DNA of 51,370 bases from Blastocystis sp. subtype 4 (taxonomy: Eukaryota): assembly GCF_000743755.1 (NCBI RefSeq), contig NW_014569509.1:1-51370 (forward strand), given 5' to 3'. Positions 14,747 through 24,699 of the stretch are shown here, one piece after another. The translations under genes were made by a program, and so were the position numbers. The notes under the pieces are model-generated. The model ran no database searches. It had not been told where the DNA came from and saw only the letters and a program-made list of their open reading frames with translations. Positions within the stretch are counted from its first letter, which is position 1; each line of letters begins with the position of its first letter.

Positions 14747-15122
14747 ATGGACAGTTCTTTCCAATCCGAACTGGGACGTTTTGTTTGGAATCAAGAATCC
14801 AATACATACACGAAGGTGAGTTGAATAGAGAGAGAAGTGAGTATGTAGAAAGAGGGCTGTTTTACCGACGATCCAACATTAGAATCTTTGAGAGAGACCT
14901 TTTATAATTGCATTCTTGTCACTTTCTTGTTGGTGAGTTCATTTGTGTAGGATGCGGGAATGCTGACAAACAGTGATATTTCCGGAGAAACACTCCTTCG
15001 TCGAATCGTTTGTAATAGGAAAGGAGGGAGAATAAGGTGTAGTGACGTATTCTTCTGTAGAGTATGTGATTGTATGGGACGGAGCAAATATGTATGTATC
15101 AAAGCGTAATTATTCTGTTTGA
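14747..15122 (+). CDS. LAMTOR4-like (Ragulator roadblock subunit) small protein, 3 introns
   Basis: MDSSFQSELGRFVWNQESNTYTK|KEGCFTDD..|DAGMLTNSDISGETLLRRIVL|TYSSVEYVIVWDGANMYVSKRN resembles LAMTOR4 (..KRLSVVF..LLVT.SG..VFVVKR). It may end at 15111 by poly(A). Confidence 0.55.
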
Positions 15123-15135
15123 AACGAAACACTTG

Positions 15136-16355
15136 AGATGAACTTGTTCAGTAAAAGTCCAGTGGCGATACCTCCTGCGAAAATGGAACAAGTAGCAACA
15201 ATGGATGGAATGACCAGAAGTGCCATTCCACTAAGTCCATGACCACTTGTACAGGCCCTCATCGTTTTTGCCCCGAGAAGCAACAACACGCCTCCCACGA
15301 AGGCAATGAAAGGATGAACACCTTGAACAGAAGGATTGTACACATTAACACCTCCCATATACAAGAAAGAGGAGATAAAGGATCCTAGTACTGACCCTCC
15401 AGCTAGGAAGACTTGCCACCAGTTGTTGCGATTGGAATCGAGTTCTTTATTTCCCGAACAGAACTGAGCCAGAATGGTTATATAGGATACGGAAGTTCCT
15501 ATCATTTTCCCAAGAAGACCATTTAGAGGTAGTTGAAGGAGACCAATCACAATTCCTGCCACAATGGGACTCCAAGCATAGGAACGGAGTGAAATGGTTT
15601 CGGAAGCCTTCACCTCTCGTGTCCATGGTACAAAATACTCCACAACCGCAACAACGACATACAGAAGAATGGCGTAGAGAATAGCAAGAATCCGATAATC
15701 TATTCCAGTTGCTTCCATCACCGTTTTGGGATACCGAGAAGACGTTGTTGACAAACGTTCAATCCCTACACTTCAGAATGAAACTCAATGAGAACATGGC
15801 TGAAGACGGATGTAAATAAAGGTTCCAACAAAACATCCCAGAATTGTCCACCAGCTATTTTGAACGAGGGCTCCAAGCTACAATGAACTAACGCTTCTAA
15901 GCATACCTCCACGTAAACCATTCCAGGACATGTTCCTGCAATATCGAGTCCAGCTCCCAAGAGAAGACCTCCAACAATGAAAGGGAGGAATCCACGGTTC
16001 ATAAGGGAACCCATATTGTTCTGACAAGTCAGAACGTTTGAACGTGTTTTCTTAAACAAATAAAGGAGAGCAAAGGATAGGGCACCTATGAATGAAATAT
16101 TCACGAGTTTCTATTACTTGTAGCCGATGCAGTTAGAAACAACTTCAACATGACCTAGACATGAGATCTCTCTCCAGATACGAACAAACCGCGACATTAC
16201 CATCTGATCCCGGATGACTAATGGCTCAATCACTCGTGCTTTGTTCATGACAAAGCCAAAAACGATGCCCACAAGAGAACTCACGAGATAACCAGCAAGC
16301 GTATTTGGATTCAATGCAGCTATGTTTTAGCCAACACCCTCCAGTACCTACCCAT
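15136..16355 (-). CDS. YeeE/YedE (TsuA-like) thiosulfate/sulfur-compound transporter
   Basis: Multi-TM with signatures GGLLLGAGLDIAGTCPG and GGVLLLLGAKTMRACTSGHGLSG. A 4-nt first exon (ATGG) is inferred. The predicted stop is T(15136)+poly(A) before the variant TGTTTCGT; otherwise it ends at 15110. Confidence 0.85.
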
Positions 16356-16492
16356 TTAAAGATAAAATGGTGTATATTTGGTTGCAGTTGGTTTCAATTG
16401 CGACCAAAGGTACTTCAAACAAACATACCTCTTTGTCAGAAGAATAGAAATAATACATGTTTGTATTAAAGAAACAGAAAGAGTCGATTCGA

Positions 16493-18202
16493 CTAATTAA
16501 ACTTGAGGAGCAGCTCAGTCTCTGAAATAGCCATACCAACACGGTTGCTCAAGCTCAGAAGAGATTCATCGCTACGAGATCTGACATAGTTAATACCGAA
16601 AGAACGATGGGCATAACCAGCCTCAAGAATCATACCACGATCGTTGGTATAATACATACTACCAGGTCTCAGCTTACCACTACGAATGGCACTCAATGCC
16701 TTCTTGCTCACCTTCCACAGACCACCGAACTGCACCTGGTTGCCTCCAGCAAAGGATTTAGCAGCAATACCAATAGGACGAGGGTACACATATGCAGTAT
16801 GCAGGTAAGCCTTTGCTTCAATATCAGTCTGGACAAGCTCCACGATAAACGACTTGTAGTCATCCACTCCTGAACATCCCACAATATGCTGATGGACCTG
16901 CTGGTGTCTATGTCTCTGACTAATCACGAAGGCAGGTCCGTTCACGGACATATCACCAGCATTGTTGAAAGTGACCATCTGATAGGAAAGGGCTCCACCA
17001 ACATTCTGATCAGCCCACATCACAGCGAATGTGCGGCGATTGATCACCTGCATCTTAGTACGCTGAACATCAATGGCAGAACCTCCCTTGCTCACAACTA
17101 CAGTGGATCCGAACTGTACTCCTCCATGAGGACCATGAGTCACATCCATACTCATACAGTTGATACCACCTGAAGCAGCACGCGTATAACACATCACAGC
17201 ACCATTAGGACCCACATTATCAATACTGAAGAAACCAACAGACCACTCAAAAAACACCTCTTTGAAGGGACTCACACGCAACTTGCTGTTACGATCAATC
17301 TCCACATAGGCCACACGGATTGGACCCACGTCAATATGCTGAGACTCATTTCTCATAGGTCCTACAGTAGCCACAACATATCCATTCAGTCCACAACCAG
17401 CCAGTCCATGGAACTGGCGTGTTTCTCCATAAATTGTATCATCAACCTTTGTGAAAGACTTCGAGTCCGGACTGAGCTTGGCGACCATGGTGTGAAGGTC
17501 ATTTCCCTCTTCCCATGTACAAGCCATCATGATACTAGAGTCAATGTGATCCCAGTCGTGGAGCTCATCACAGTACGAAAAACTCTTGTCAGCATTCGTA
17601 GTGAAGGAGAAGGGAGTACCTTCTTCGAATGTAATTTTGTAGTTGTGTGCATCTACGATGATGACCTGGACCTTGATCGGGAGCAACTCACCGCTTCCAG
17701 CAACCACCAGAGTATCATTGTTCATCTTGTAAAGAGATTCCACTTTACGACTCTCACCTGAGTCCAAAGTTCTGAGTGGGTGGACGCCGTTCTCGATGGA
17801 AATATCATCATAGGAAATTTCGTAAGCCACAAGTTGGCCCTTGGATCCAGCGAAAATGATATTATTGGTGAATGCACAGACACGGATATCGTTAAATGAA
17901 TAGGCAGGAGCAACAGTGACATTCAGAGAGATAGTAGTTCCAGCACCTGTGAACACATAACCATTCTCATCAAGCGACACAACCATTCCAGTCTCGACCT
18001 TGGGGACCTGATTGAAGTAAGGGAAGGAGAAGGTATAGAGAGTCTTCTCCAAGCTAGACTGACGTCCCATATTCAGTCCAATACAACTGAAGATGAAGGA
18101 CAGAAGAGTCAACAGAACAGCCAAATAGGCGATGATACGATCCTTCAGCATGGTGCTCTTCTTCTCCGCACTCACAATTCCATAAGATTCAACGTCTTGC
18201 AT
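16493..18202 (-). CDS. Intronless type II membrane protein (~570 aa) with a beta-rich ectodomain flanked by phage-structural-like motifs
   Basis: Single long ORF, likely start MQDVESYG. The TM IIAYLAVLLTLLSFIFSCIGL is followed by VETGMVVSLDENGYV, and the C-terminus reads RPIGIA..GKLRPGSMYYTNDRG..VGMAISETELLLKFN. Confidence 0.8.
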   Translation of the reverse strand: MQDVESYGIVSAEKKSTMLKDRIIAYLAVLLTLLSFIFSCIGLNMGRQSSLEKTLYTFSFPYFNQVPKVETGMVVSLDENGYVFTGAGTTISLNVTVAPAYSFNDIRVCAFTNNIIFAGSKGQLVAYEISYDDISIENGVHPLRTLDSGESRKVESLYKMNNDTLVVAGSGELLPIKVQVIIVDAHNYKITFEEGTPFSFTTNADKSFSYCDELHDWDHIDSSIMMACTWEEGNDLHTMVAKLSPDSKSFTKVDDTIYGETRQFHGLAGCGLNGYVVATVGPMRNESQHIDVGPIRVAYVEIDRNSKLRVSPFKEVFFEWSVGFFSIDNVGPNGAVMCYTRAASGGINCMSMDVTHGPHGGVQFGSTVVVSKGGSAIDVQRTKMQVINRRTFAVMWADQNVGGALSYQMVTFNNAGDMSVNGPAFVISQRHRHQQVHQHIVGCSGVDDYKSFIVELVQTDIEAKAYLHTAYVYPRPIGIAAKSFAGGNQVQFGGLWKVSKKALSAIRSGKLRPGSMYYTNDRGMILEAGYAHRSFGINYVRSRSDESLLSLSNRVGMAISETELLLKFN

Positions 18203-18569
18203 GATAACAGAGAATAATCTGCATTGGTGTTTCACCACAGAGAAAAACCTCCCGATTTGTGGAGAACCAATCATATTGTTCATAGAGTGTTTTTGAGCAA
18301 GGGACAGTATTTACACACAATCATCCTTGTGGAGCTATTCAAGTTGGGTCAAAACACATGGTTGGCATTTCACATGTCTTGTGTTTCAATCATGTGTTCC
18401 TGTTCCGCTAGTGTTTACCCTTATTGAATCCTAGTCTTTGCACAGATTCTTTTAGTTCCAAATCTGGGATTATTACTCATGTTGTTCATAGATCACTACA
18501 ACTCATTTTGAGCATTCATACATATCCAATAGATTCCATTCGTGTATTGATTCACAATCCTACTCTTTC

Positions 18570-19383
18570 ATGTCTCATTTATGGTACTTCCACTTCTTCC
18601 TTCTATTACTGTTGTCCGCAGTATCATATTCCGAACTGATACGCTTTCCAGACGTAATGACAGCGACGTTTGAAACAATCGCCTATCAGACACCTAAAGT
18701 CTCTTTTACATTTATTAGAATTATCTGTAGACTTCTGAGTATCCTTCTCGTGAAAAGAGCTATCTGCTTTATTATGATCGTATTCATAAGGCTGCTCGTA
18801 TTGACCATACCAATGAAAATGGAGTCAAGATAACAACGATCCGAAATTATGCTTCTGTAGCAATTTCGCTGAGGAACTAATTGCATAGCATTATGAAGTA
18901 CGGATTGAACGTATTGATGATCAGGAACTTTGTGAGTACAGCTATTTAGGAGAACAATTTCCCGAACCCGAATTCCCCTCTACGGTCAAATTCATTGTAG
19001 TGCTTCATTGTTCCAGTTTACATTAGAAAGAGAAAATCATTGACGATACTGGGTTCCTGCTTTACAATTATCAGCGTCATCGACAGTATATTGATCTCAC
19101 CATTTCTTCGAGGTCTAATAGTATTTGGTTGTGGATATATTGAACATAGATCCATCAAGAGTGGATGAGTATCACATTGCTGGTGAAAAGGATGCAAAAC
19201 CTGTGTTTTCTACTGTCTATACGTCAGTTATTCCTTCTATTGATGATCCTTCTGTTTTTGATGTAGAGCCTTTGTTGGACTAAGAGATGCGAGTGATTGA
19301 ATAGTATTACCAACTCAAAGTGTACCAGAAATGGAAAAGGATGGCCCTATCGACAGGTATTTGGTCCTTTTGTACGTATTTAG
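18570..19383 (+). CDS. Secreted hypothetical protein (signal peptide), ~5 introns
   Basis: MSHLWYFHFFLLLLLSAVSYS-ELIRFPDVMTATFETIAYQTPK|..LLYYDRIHKAARID..CTRNGKGWPYRQVFGPFVRI*. TAG at 19381-19383 and TGTTTGTT at 19391-19398. Confidence 0.7.
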
Positions 19384-19517
19384 ATGATACTGTTTGTTTC
19401 ATGAAGAAATCCAATTCTACTAGTACCAAGAATGTCGTATTTGTGTAATTTCGAAAATAGTCCAAATTTGAAGCATTCCATGAATACGGACAAATACCGT
19501 TGTATCTATTCAATACC

Positions 19518-20005
19518 ATGTCGATCCTGAATTATGCTTCAAATCCATTCTTTGATAATGATGAACTTGGCTATATTACGGTGGGAAGATCACGACTTGA
19601 ATAGTGTGAATGTCTTTTCGTCATGATTTTGTAGTGAAAAGAAAGCTCGAGATCGGTTTCCCTTAATGCTCGATTTGATCCAGGTCATCTTCTTGTTTAT
19701 CAGTAATCGATAGACACAGTCTCAATATGTATTAATTTGTGATGTACCAGGTATTCCGAAAGATCGAATCAAGATTGAAGTAAAAGATAATCGCATTATC
19801 CTTGAGGGAAAGCGAAAGAAGAAGATTGTTTGTGATAGTGATATATATCTCCTACAGCAACGGTTAAATGGACCTTTCCGTAGAGTAATTGAAGTGCCTG
19901 TTGATTGTGACGTCTCTACCATCGCTGCCAGACTAGAGGATGGGCTTCTGGTTCTTACAATGCAACGGGTTATCAATCCGGATGTGAAAACCATCGCCAT
20001 TGACT
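19518..20005 (+). CDS. Small heat-shock protein (HSP20/alpha-crystallin)
   Basis: DVPGIPKDRIKIEVKDNRIILEGKR..GPFRRVIEVP..IAARLEDGLLVLTM, then the I-x-I tail KTIAID, then T(20005), 4 nt and TGTTTCCT. Confidence 0.9.
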
Positions 20006-20044
20006 CTCTTGTTTCCTTACAAACAGACTCATGGTACAGACAAT

Positions 20045-20734
20045 TCACTTCTTCACATGTTCCAGGATTTTTCCTCGAATACCTGAAAAGTATTCGATAT
20101 CCTCCTTCAGACACTGAACATCTACAGTCTATAGAATCCCAGAATCTTACTTGCCAAATGACCTTCGATATACACCTTTTCGATTTCCTGGAACGTCTTT
20201 TGTGCTCTCAACCACGCACGTTGGGTTGGATTCTCTTCAATTAAGAAACCCTTAATCTTTTTTATTCCTGACCGAAAGACTGTGATTTGGCGTAATAGAA
20301 GCACTACACTATTGAAATTAGTTAAACGAGCAGAGTTCTCATTAACTGACTTGCAAACAGAATCAACTTCGCTTCGAATTGAATTAAATTGGTTCGTTAT
20401 GGACTCCACACGAGTTGTGATTCGCTTGTACTCGCTTTTCATTTGTTCAATATCACTAATTTCATTAAACAGGCGCCCTTGGTTCTGGAGAACAACTTCA
20501 CGCAAATCAACATCAATAGTCTCGAGATACATGGAAAGCATCTTTAGACACATATCAATATCCATTCCTTGTCCTTCATTAGTTCCTGAATTCAGTACTT
20601 CACTTGTAAAGTTGCTTGGATTCATCGTTGAGTCCAAAAAACAACGAAACGTTCCTAACCATGAATTCTATCATCACGGCTCTACCATCTCTCTGAATCC
20701 GTTGAACAGAAGGAAGTTGCGACGTTTCGGCCAT
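20045..20734 (-). CDS. COG5-like protein, N-terminal domain only (~210 aa)
   Basis: FLDSTMNPSNFTSEVL..IDVDLREVVLQNQGRLF..RLTNFNSVVLLLRQITVF..IKKI resembles the COG5 N-terminal coiled coil. Two introns; TGA at 20047-20045. Confidence 0.6.
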
Positions 20735-20882
20735 TTCATATATTGAATGTGAAATGGACGAACCGCTAGAATTGGGGAATCCCCGTTTGCATTGTCTCCA
20801 TCAATGATGTCGATAAGTGTCACTCTCAAGAGTGTAAGTGATCTACTTGTTCTGATTAGAAGAATAGTGAATCAAACAAGAT

Positions 20883-21761
20883 AATAATGCATTCGAATAC
20901 TATAGTACACTTTCTTCATTTGCAACTCGGTCTCCTCAGATGGTCCACTTTCATAGGTTTCTATACACTCTTGTAACGTCTATAACTCATACATAAATGC
21001 AAATCAAACAGTAATATCCTCTTTCAACTGCTCTACTGGATAGTTCTCAGAAGAGTCTCCAGTCCTCAAATGATCTTCATATTCCATCAAAAGACTGACG
21101 AACGAATGAAGCTCCTTAAGATATACCAGTTTTGGCTGACTATAATCCGATGTCACTTGAAGTTGAAGCTGAAGATGAATAATATCCGTCTAATGATGAA
21201 TCCACTGATATAGAATTACCCAGAGTGTGTTCATATTAGAATTGATAGATTTCAGAGTCTCTGTATCTCCTCTTCTAATGCATGCTTCCTTGTTGCTACT
21301 CAGTTGACTCAACTGCCTCTGGCATAACTCTAACTTTTCTCTAAAATCACAATAAAACGATTCATCAAACGTGATCTCTGTGGGTTTGGCTACACGAAGC
21401 GACAAAAAGGACTCTGGCTACTACTTACACCCTAAAATCATTCCTACACTTGGAATATGTGAACTAGGAATAAGAATACAATGATCAGGAGTATGATAAG
21501 AAGGTAATAACGATTTCACCAAATCTCTTTTGTTTTCTTCCGTAAAATCACTACATGTCACAACAGTCAGTCTATCTACCTAGTAAATTGTAACGAACTC
21601 TCTTCCAAAAAGATGGGCTTTGGAATAGCCTTAGGAAAGGAAAATCCATCTACAACCACCTTCTCTGGAATCAAACTAACGCAAAACAATGTACCTTCCG
21701 AAGGGAATGCCTCATTCTTTACCTCAAACCCAACATCAACGGCAGAAAACGGAATATCCAT
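20883..21761 (-). CDS. Hypothetical protein, multi-exon
   Basis: ORF pieces link through ~30-nt GT-AG introns from MDIPFSAVDVGF to SIRMHY. An in-frame T(20883) lies 4 nt before TGTTTGAT. Confidence 0.5.
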
Positions 21762-21855
21762 TTCCTGAAATAATATGAATCGAAAATCAATCGGGTATCA
21801 AAATAGCGTCGTATCTTGGATTCCAAAGAAAACGGCATTCTGGAACAGATAAGAA

Positions 21856-22550
21856 ATGGATGGATTGCTGATCTCTCTGCGATCCAAAGGATTAAATCTG
21901 AAACGATCATGGTTTGTGGTTGAGTAGGAGCAATATTAAGTAGGGTAGAGAGTCAATTAGCAACGTCGAATAGGTTGATCCATCATTGTTTCTAAATGGA
22001 TAGAACCAATGACGTAGAATTCATATTCAATACCTCGCTTAACACCAGTCTTGCCTCCATTTCTGAGGGCTTGATCAAACAACTGCAAGTACCATCTCAG
22101 TGTTATATGATTCGAAATCCGATCGTTTTGGAAGTTGAGATTATAGATGAGATCCATTGTAGATCATGGGGATCACAAATATCTCCAATCCCAAAGACTC
22201 GCAGTTTGAAGACTCCTCAAATCGGGTTTTGAAGATGAAGTTGACAGATGGTGTTACAACCTGTTATGCCATTGAGTTCGTCCCCATTCGGTCATTGTCT
22301 GCGACACTGAAGCCTGGAACCAAGCTATCCGTATCTAATGTTCGTGTAGAGAACGGTTTATTACTCCTAAATCCAACTAATACAATCGTGTTAGGAGGAC
22401 ATGTATCATCTCCTGTGTGTTACAAACAAGACATGTTACAAAGCTGTTACAATGAATTCAAAGTCTCCACTATTTCGATTCTTCCTGAAGGATGTTGTAG
22501 CACGAAAACCAGATAAGGAGAGAATGCCATCGAGCATACCTTTGTAAAGT
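21856..22550 (+). CDS. RMI1/TDRD3-type N-terminal OB-fold protein (3' end approximate)
   Basis: PIVLE|IMGITNISNP..NRVLKMKLTDG..CYAIEFVPI..L..PGTKL..NVRVENGLLLLNPTNTIVLGGHV is the RMI1_N signature. Confidence 0.8.
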
Positions 22551-23061
22551 AATGCATACCTAGATAATAACTGGATAAGAAGTCGTACAATCGAAGACGG
22601 TCTTCACTGTGTTGTTGCTTCCGAATCTTGGAGAGAGGACGCAATGTCTTGCTCGAAATGACAAATATATTCTAGAATCAATAAAAATCTAGAAATACAT
22701 ACACTATTATCGGTATGCATCGATTCACACTCAGAGCCAAAGACTTCAACCCAGAAATTAATACAAACATCTTTCATAACTTCAGAAAGACTGTTCCAAG
22801 CAGGATTTCGTATCTTTTGCCTATCATTTAGAGAGAACCATTTGACTCCACATTTCTGCCCATCGATATCCCACAGAAAACCCTAATGATTCAATCTTCT
22901 GAATTCCATCTTTGTCCTTGTATTCCAGAACATCTTTCCAATTCTCACCAATCTAGATGAAATGGGGATATAAATGATACTATAGAATTAATAATTTCAA
23001 AACAAAGTAAATCATAGACTCTTCCAGGAACCGAAGACATGATTATTATAAGAAACAAGCG

Positions 23062-24611
23062 AAAAGTTTCTAATCATTGAAACAACAGCAGAATAGGTGC
23101 AGATGATCATCACTCCAAAGAACAACACCAAAATAACCCAATCTTCAACCGCTTTCCACACACCATTTCGTGTCCCAATCACCTTAAAATGCAAAAGAGC
23201 AGGCAGTAATTGAGAAACAACAACTCCAGTGAAACTACCAAGTAAAATAATCAAGAAAACAAAAGTAAAAGAATGCAAAGGATATTGATTGCATTAATAG
23301 AATCAAATTTAGGAACGAAATATGCTAGTATTGTGATTAACACTACTTGAAGTGTTCGAGACCAGAAACGAGTAGAATCTGTTACAAACAAACGATTCTC
23401 ACGTTTGTTCTCTATCAATCATTCTTTCATTTCATACTTACGAACATTCGTTTCTAGAATCTCAAAACAAGGTAGTAACAATAAAGGGAATGATCCAAGT
23501 AGAGTCAAAACCATAGTAGCAGCAACAGCATAGTATGCAAATGAGTCTCCAGGGAGATTCATCAGAATGGCTTGCTGGACATGTCGAGGGTCCTGACGGA
23601 ACATGAGGAATAGAATAGCTCCTGTGATAAGATACACAGCCGATAGACTGACAACAGAGAAGGTGATGGAATGACCTGCTCGTGGTTTTTCCTTAGTTTT
23701 GAGATTATTCTGCAAATGAGTTTCAGGAAAAACTGGTACATAAAGAGGAAAGAGGACTAGAAGAAAACCATAGGCGTTGATGATAATACCAATGTTGGAG
23801 AGAATACCCATCAATGACTGTGGATAGAGAACCTCTGTGTCCCATGAAATGCCCCAGTGAGTCCCTCCATATCTATGGAAGAACACTCCTTCACACTTAC
23901 ACTAAAAGGACAACAAAAGCTGCAATGAGAGCAAAGAGACCTAACGAAGAAACCCCTGCTAAGAGACTAATGATGAAGAGAGAATAAAGATCGAACCTTG
24001 GATTCTTAAGAATACAAGTCAACCATGAACAAACAAACAGAATGATCGTGGGGAGGAGACGTTGAAGGTATTTGGATGAACTCATATTCTTGAAGAAGGG
24101 TAAGGCAGTGAGAAAATCAGTCATCAAGATCATCGTTCCCATATCAGAACCCCAAAGAGTTATTAATGTACTCAGAAGAATCAACCAATATCCGAACTTC
24201 CCAAAATAGTGATAGCACATGATAGTATAGTCATTATCAAGGTGATACAACGGATCGGATTCATCCTTCTCTTCCGTCTCAAATACCTTTCGAACTTGTA
24301 GAAGACGATAAGCACAAGAGCAATAAACATAAACAATGAACATATTTAATAGTGTTCCTGTAATCAGACCCATCTATAAAGAAACTGAAAGCTGTAATCC
24401 ATTACCTGCCATAAAGCAAATGGAAAGATAAGAGAGGTGGAACCTGTGATCGATTTCATCAGATTCGCAGCAAACTACGCGTTAGGTATTTGAGAGTCGT
24501 TTGTACCTTCACAAGCGAGGACTTTCCTTCTTCATTCTCAAGAAGACTGACATCGACATCATTACGACTGGAAGTTGAGATTATGTCGATCTTGGATGAT
24601 TCTACTTCCAT
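23062..24611 (-). CDS. Amino acid transporter (AAAP/Aa_trans family), paralog 1
   Basis: Multi-TM with N-terminal ANLMKSITGS, then LGSFPLLLLPCFEILE and GSFTGVVVSQLLP. Contains a 44-nt AT-AC intron. The predicted stop is T(23062)+poly(A) before TGTTTCTT. Confidence 0.85.
23200..23559. repeat. Near-identical 360-bp direct repeat, copy 1 (copy 2 at 24841-25200)
   Basis: About 6 substitutions by manual comparison, including across two introns. The flanks are clearly diverged. Confidence 0.9.
23242..23285 (-). other. U12-type AT-AC intron (44 nt)
   Basis: 5' ATATCCTTT, branch-like TTTTCTTGAT and 3' TAC. Removal gives in-frame VPKFDSINAIIGSFTG. Confidence 0.85.
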
Positions 24612-24699
24612 CTCTAGTTGAATCAATCTCAAAACGAGAAAACTAAACCACTTCAAAGAATCCCCAATTTCACATATGCAAAAATCCAACAAACAAACC

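Noticed and set aside
16607..17922. Several + strand ORFs opposite the 596-aa ORF
   Set aside because: These are antisense shadows of a codon-biased gene.
19894..20244. Long C-terminal extension on HSP20 overlapping the COG5-like gene
   Set aside because: It is better explained by a poly(A)-completed stop at 20005, right after the I-x-I motif.
21836..21858. Two divergent ATGs only 17 bp apart
   Set aside because: The minus gene more plausibly starts at 21761, so the spacing is ordinary.
23380..23395. TGTTTGTA inside the transporter coding sequence (TGTTTGTG also occurs inside HSP20)
   Set aside because: It lies mid-CDS with conserved protein downstream. This shows variant motifs alone are not sufficient evidence, so the variant-based stop calls carry less weight.
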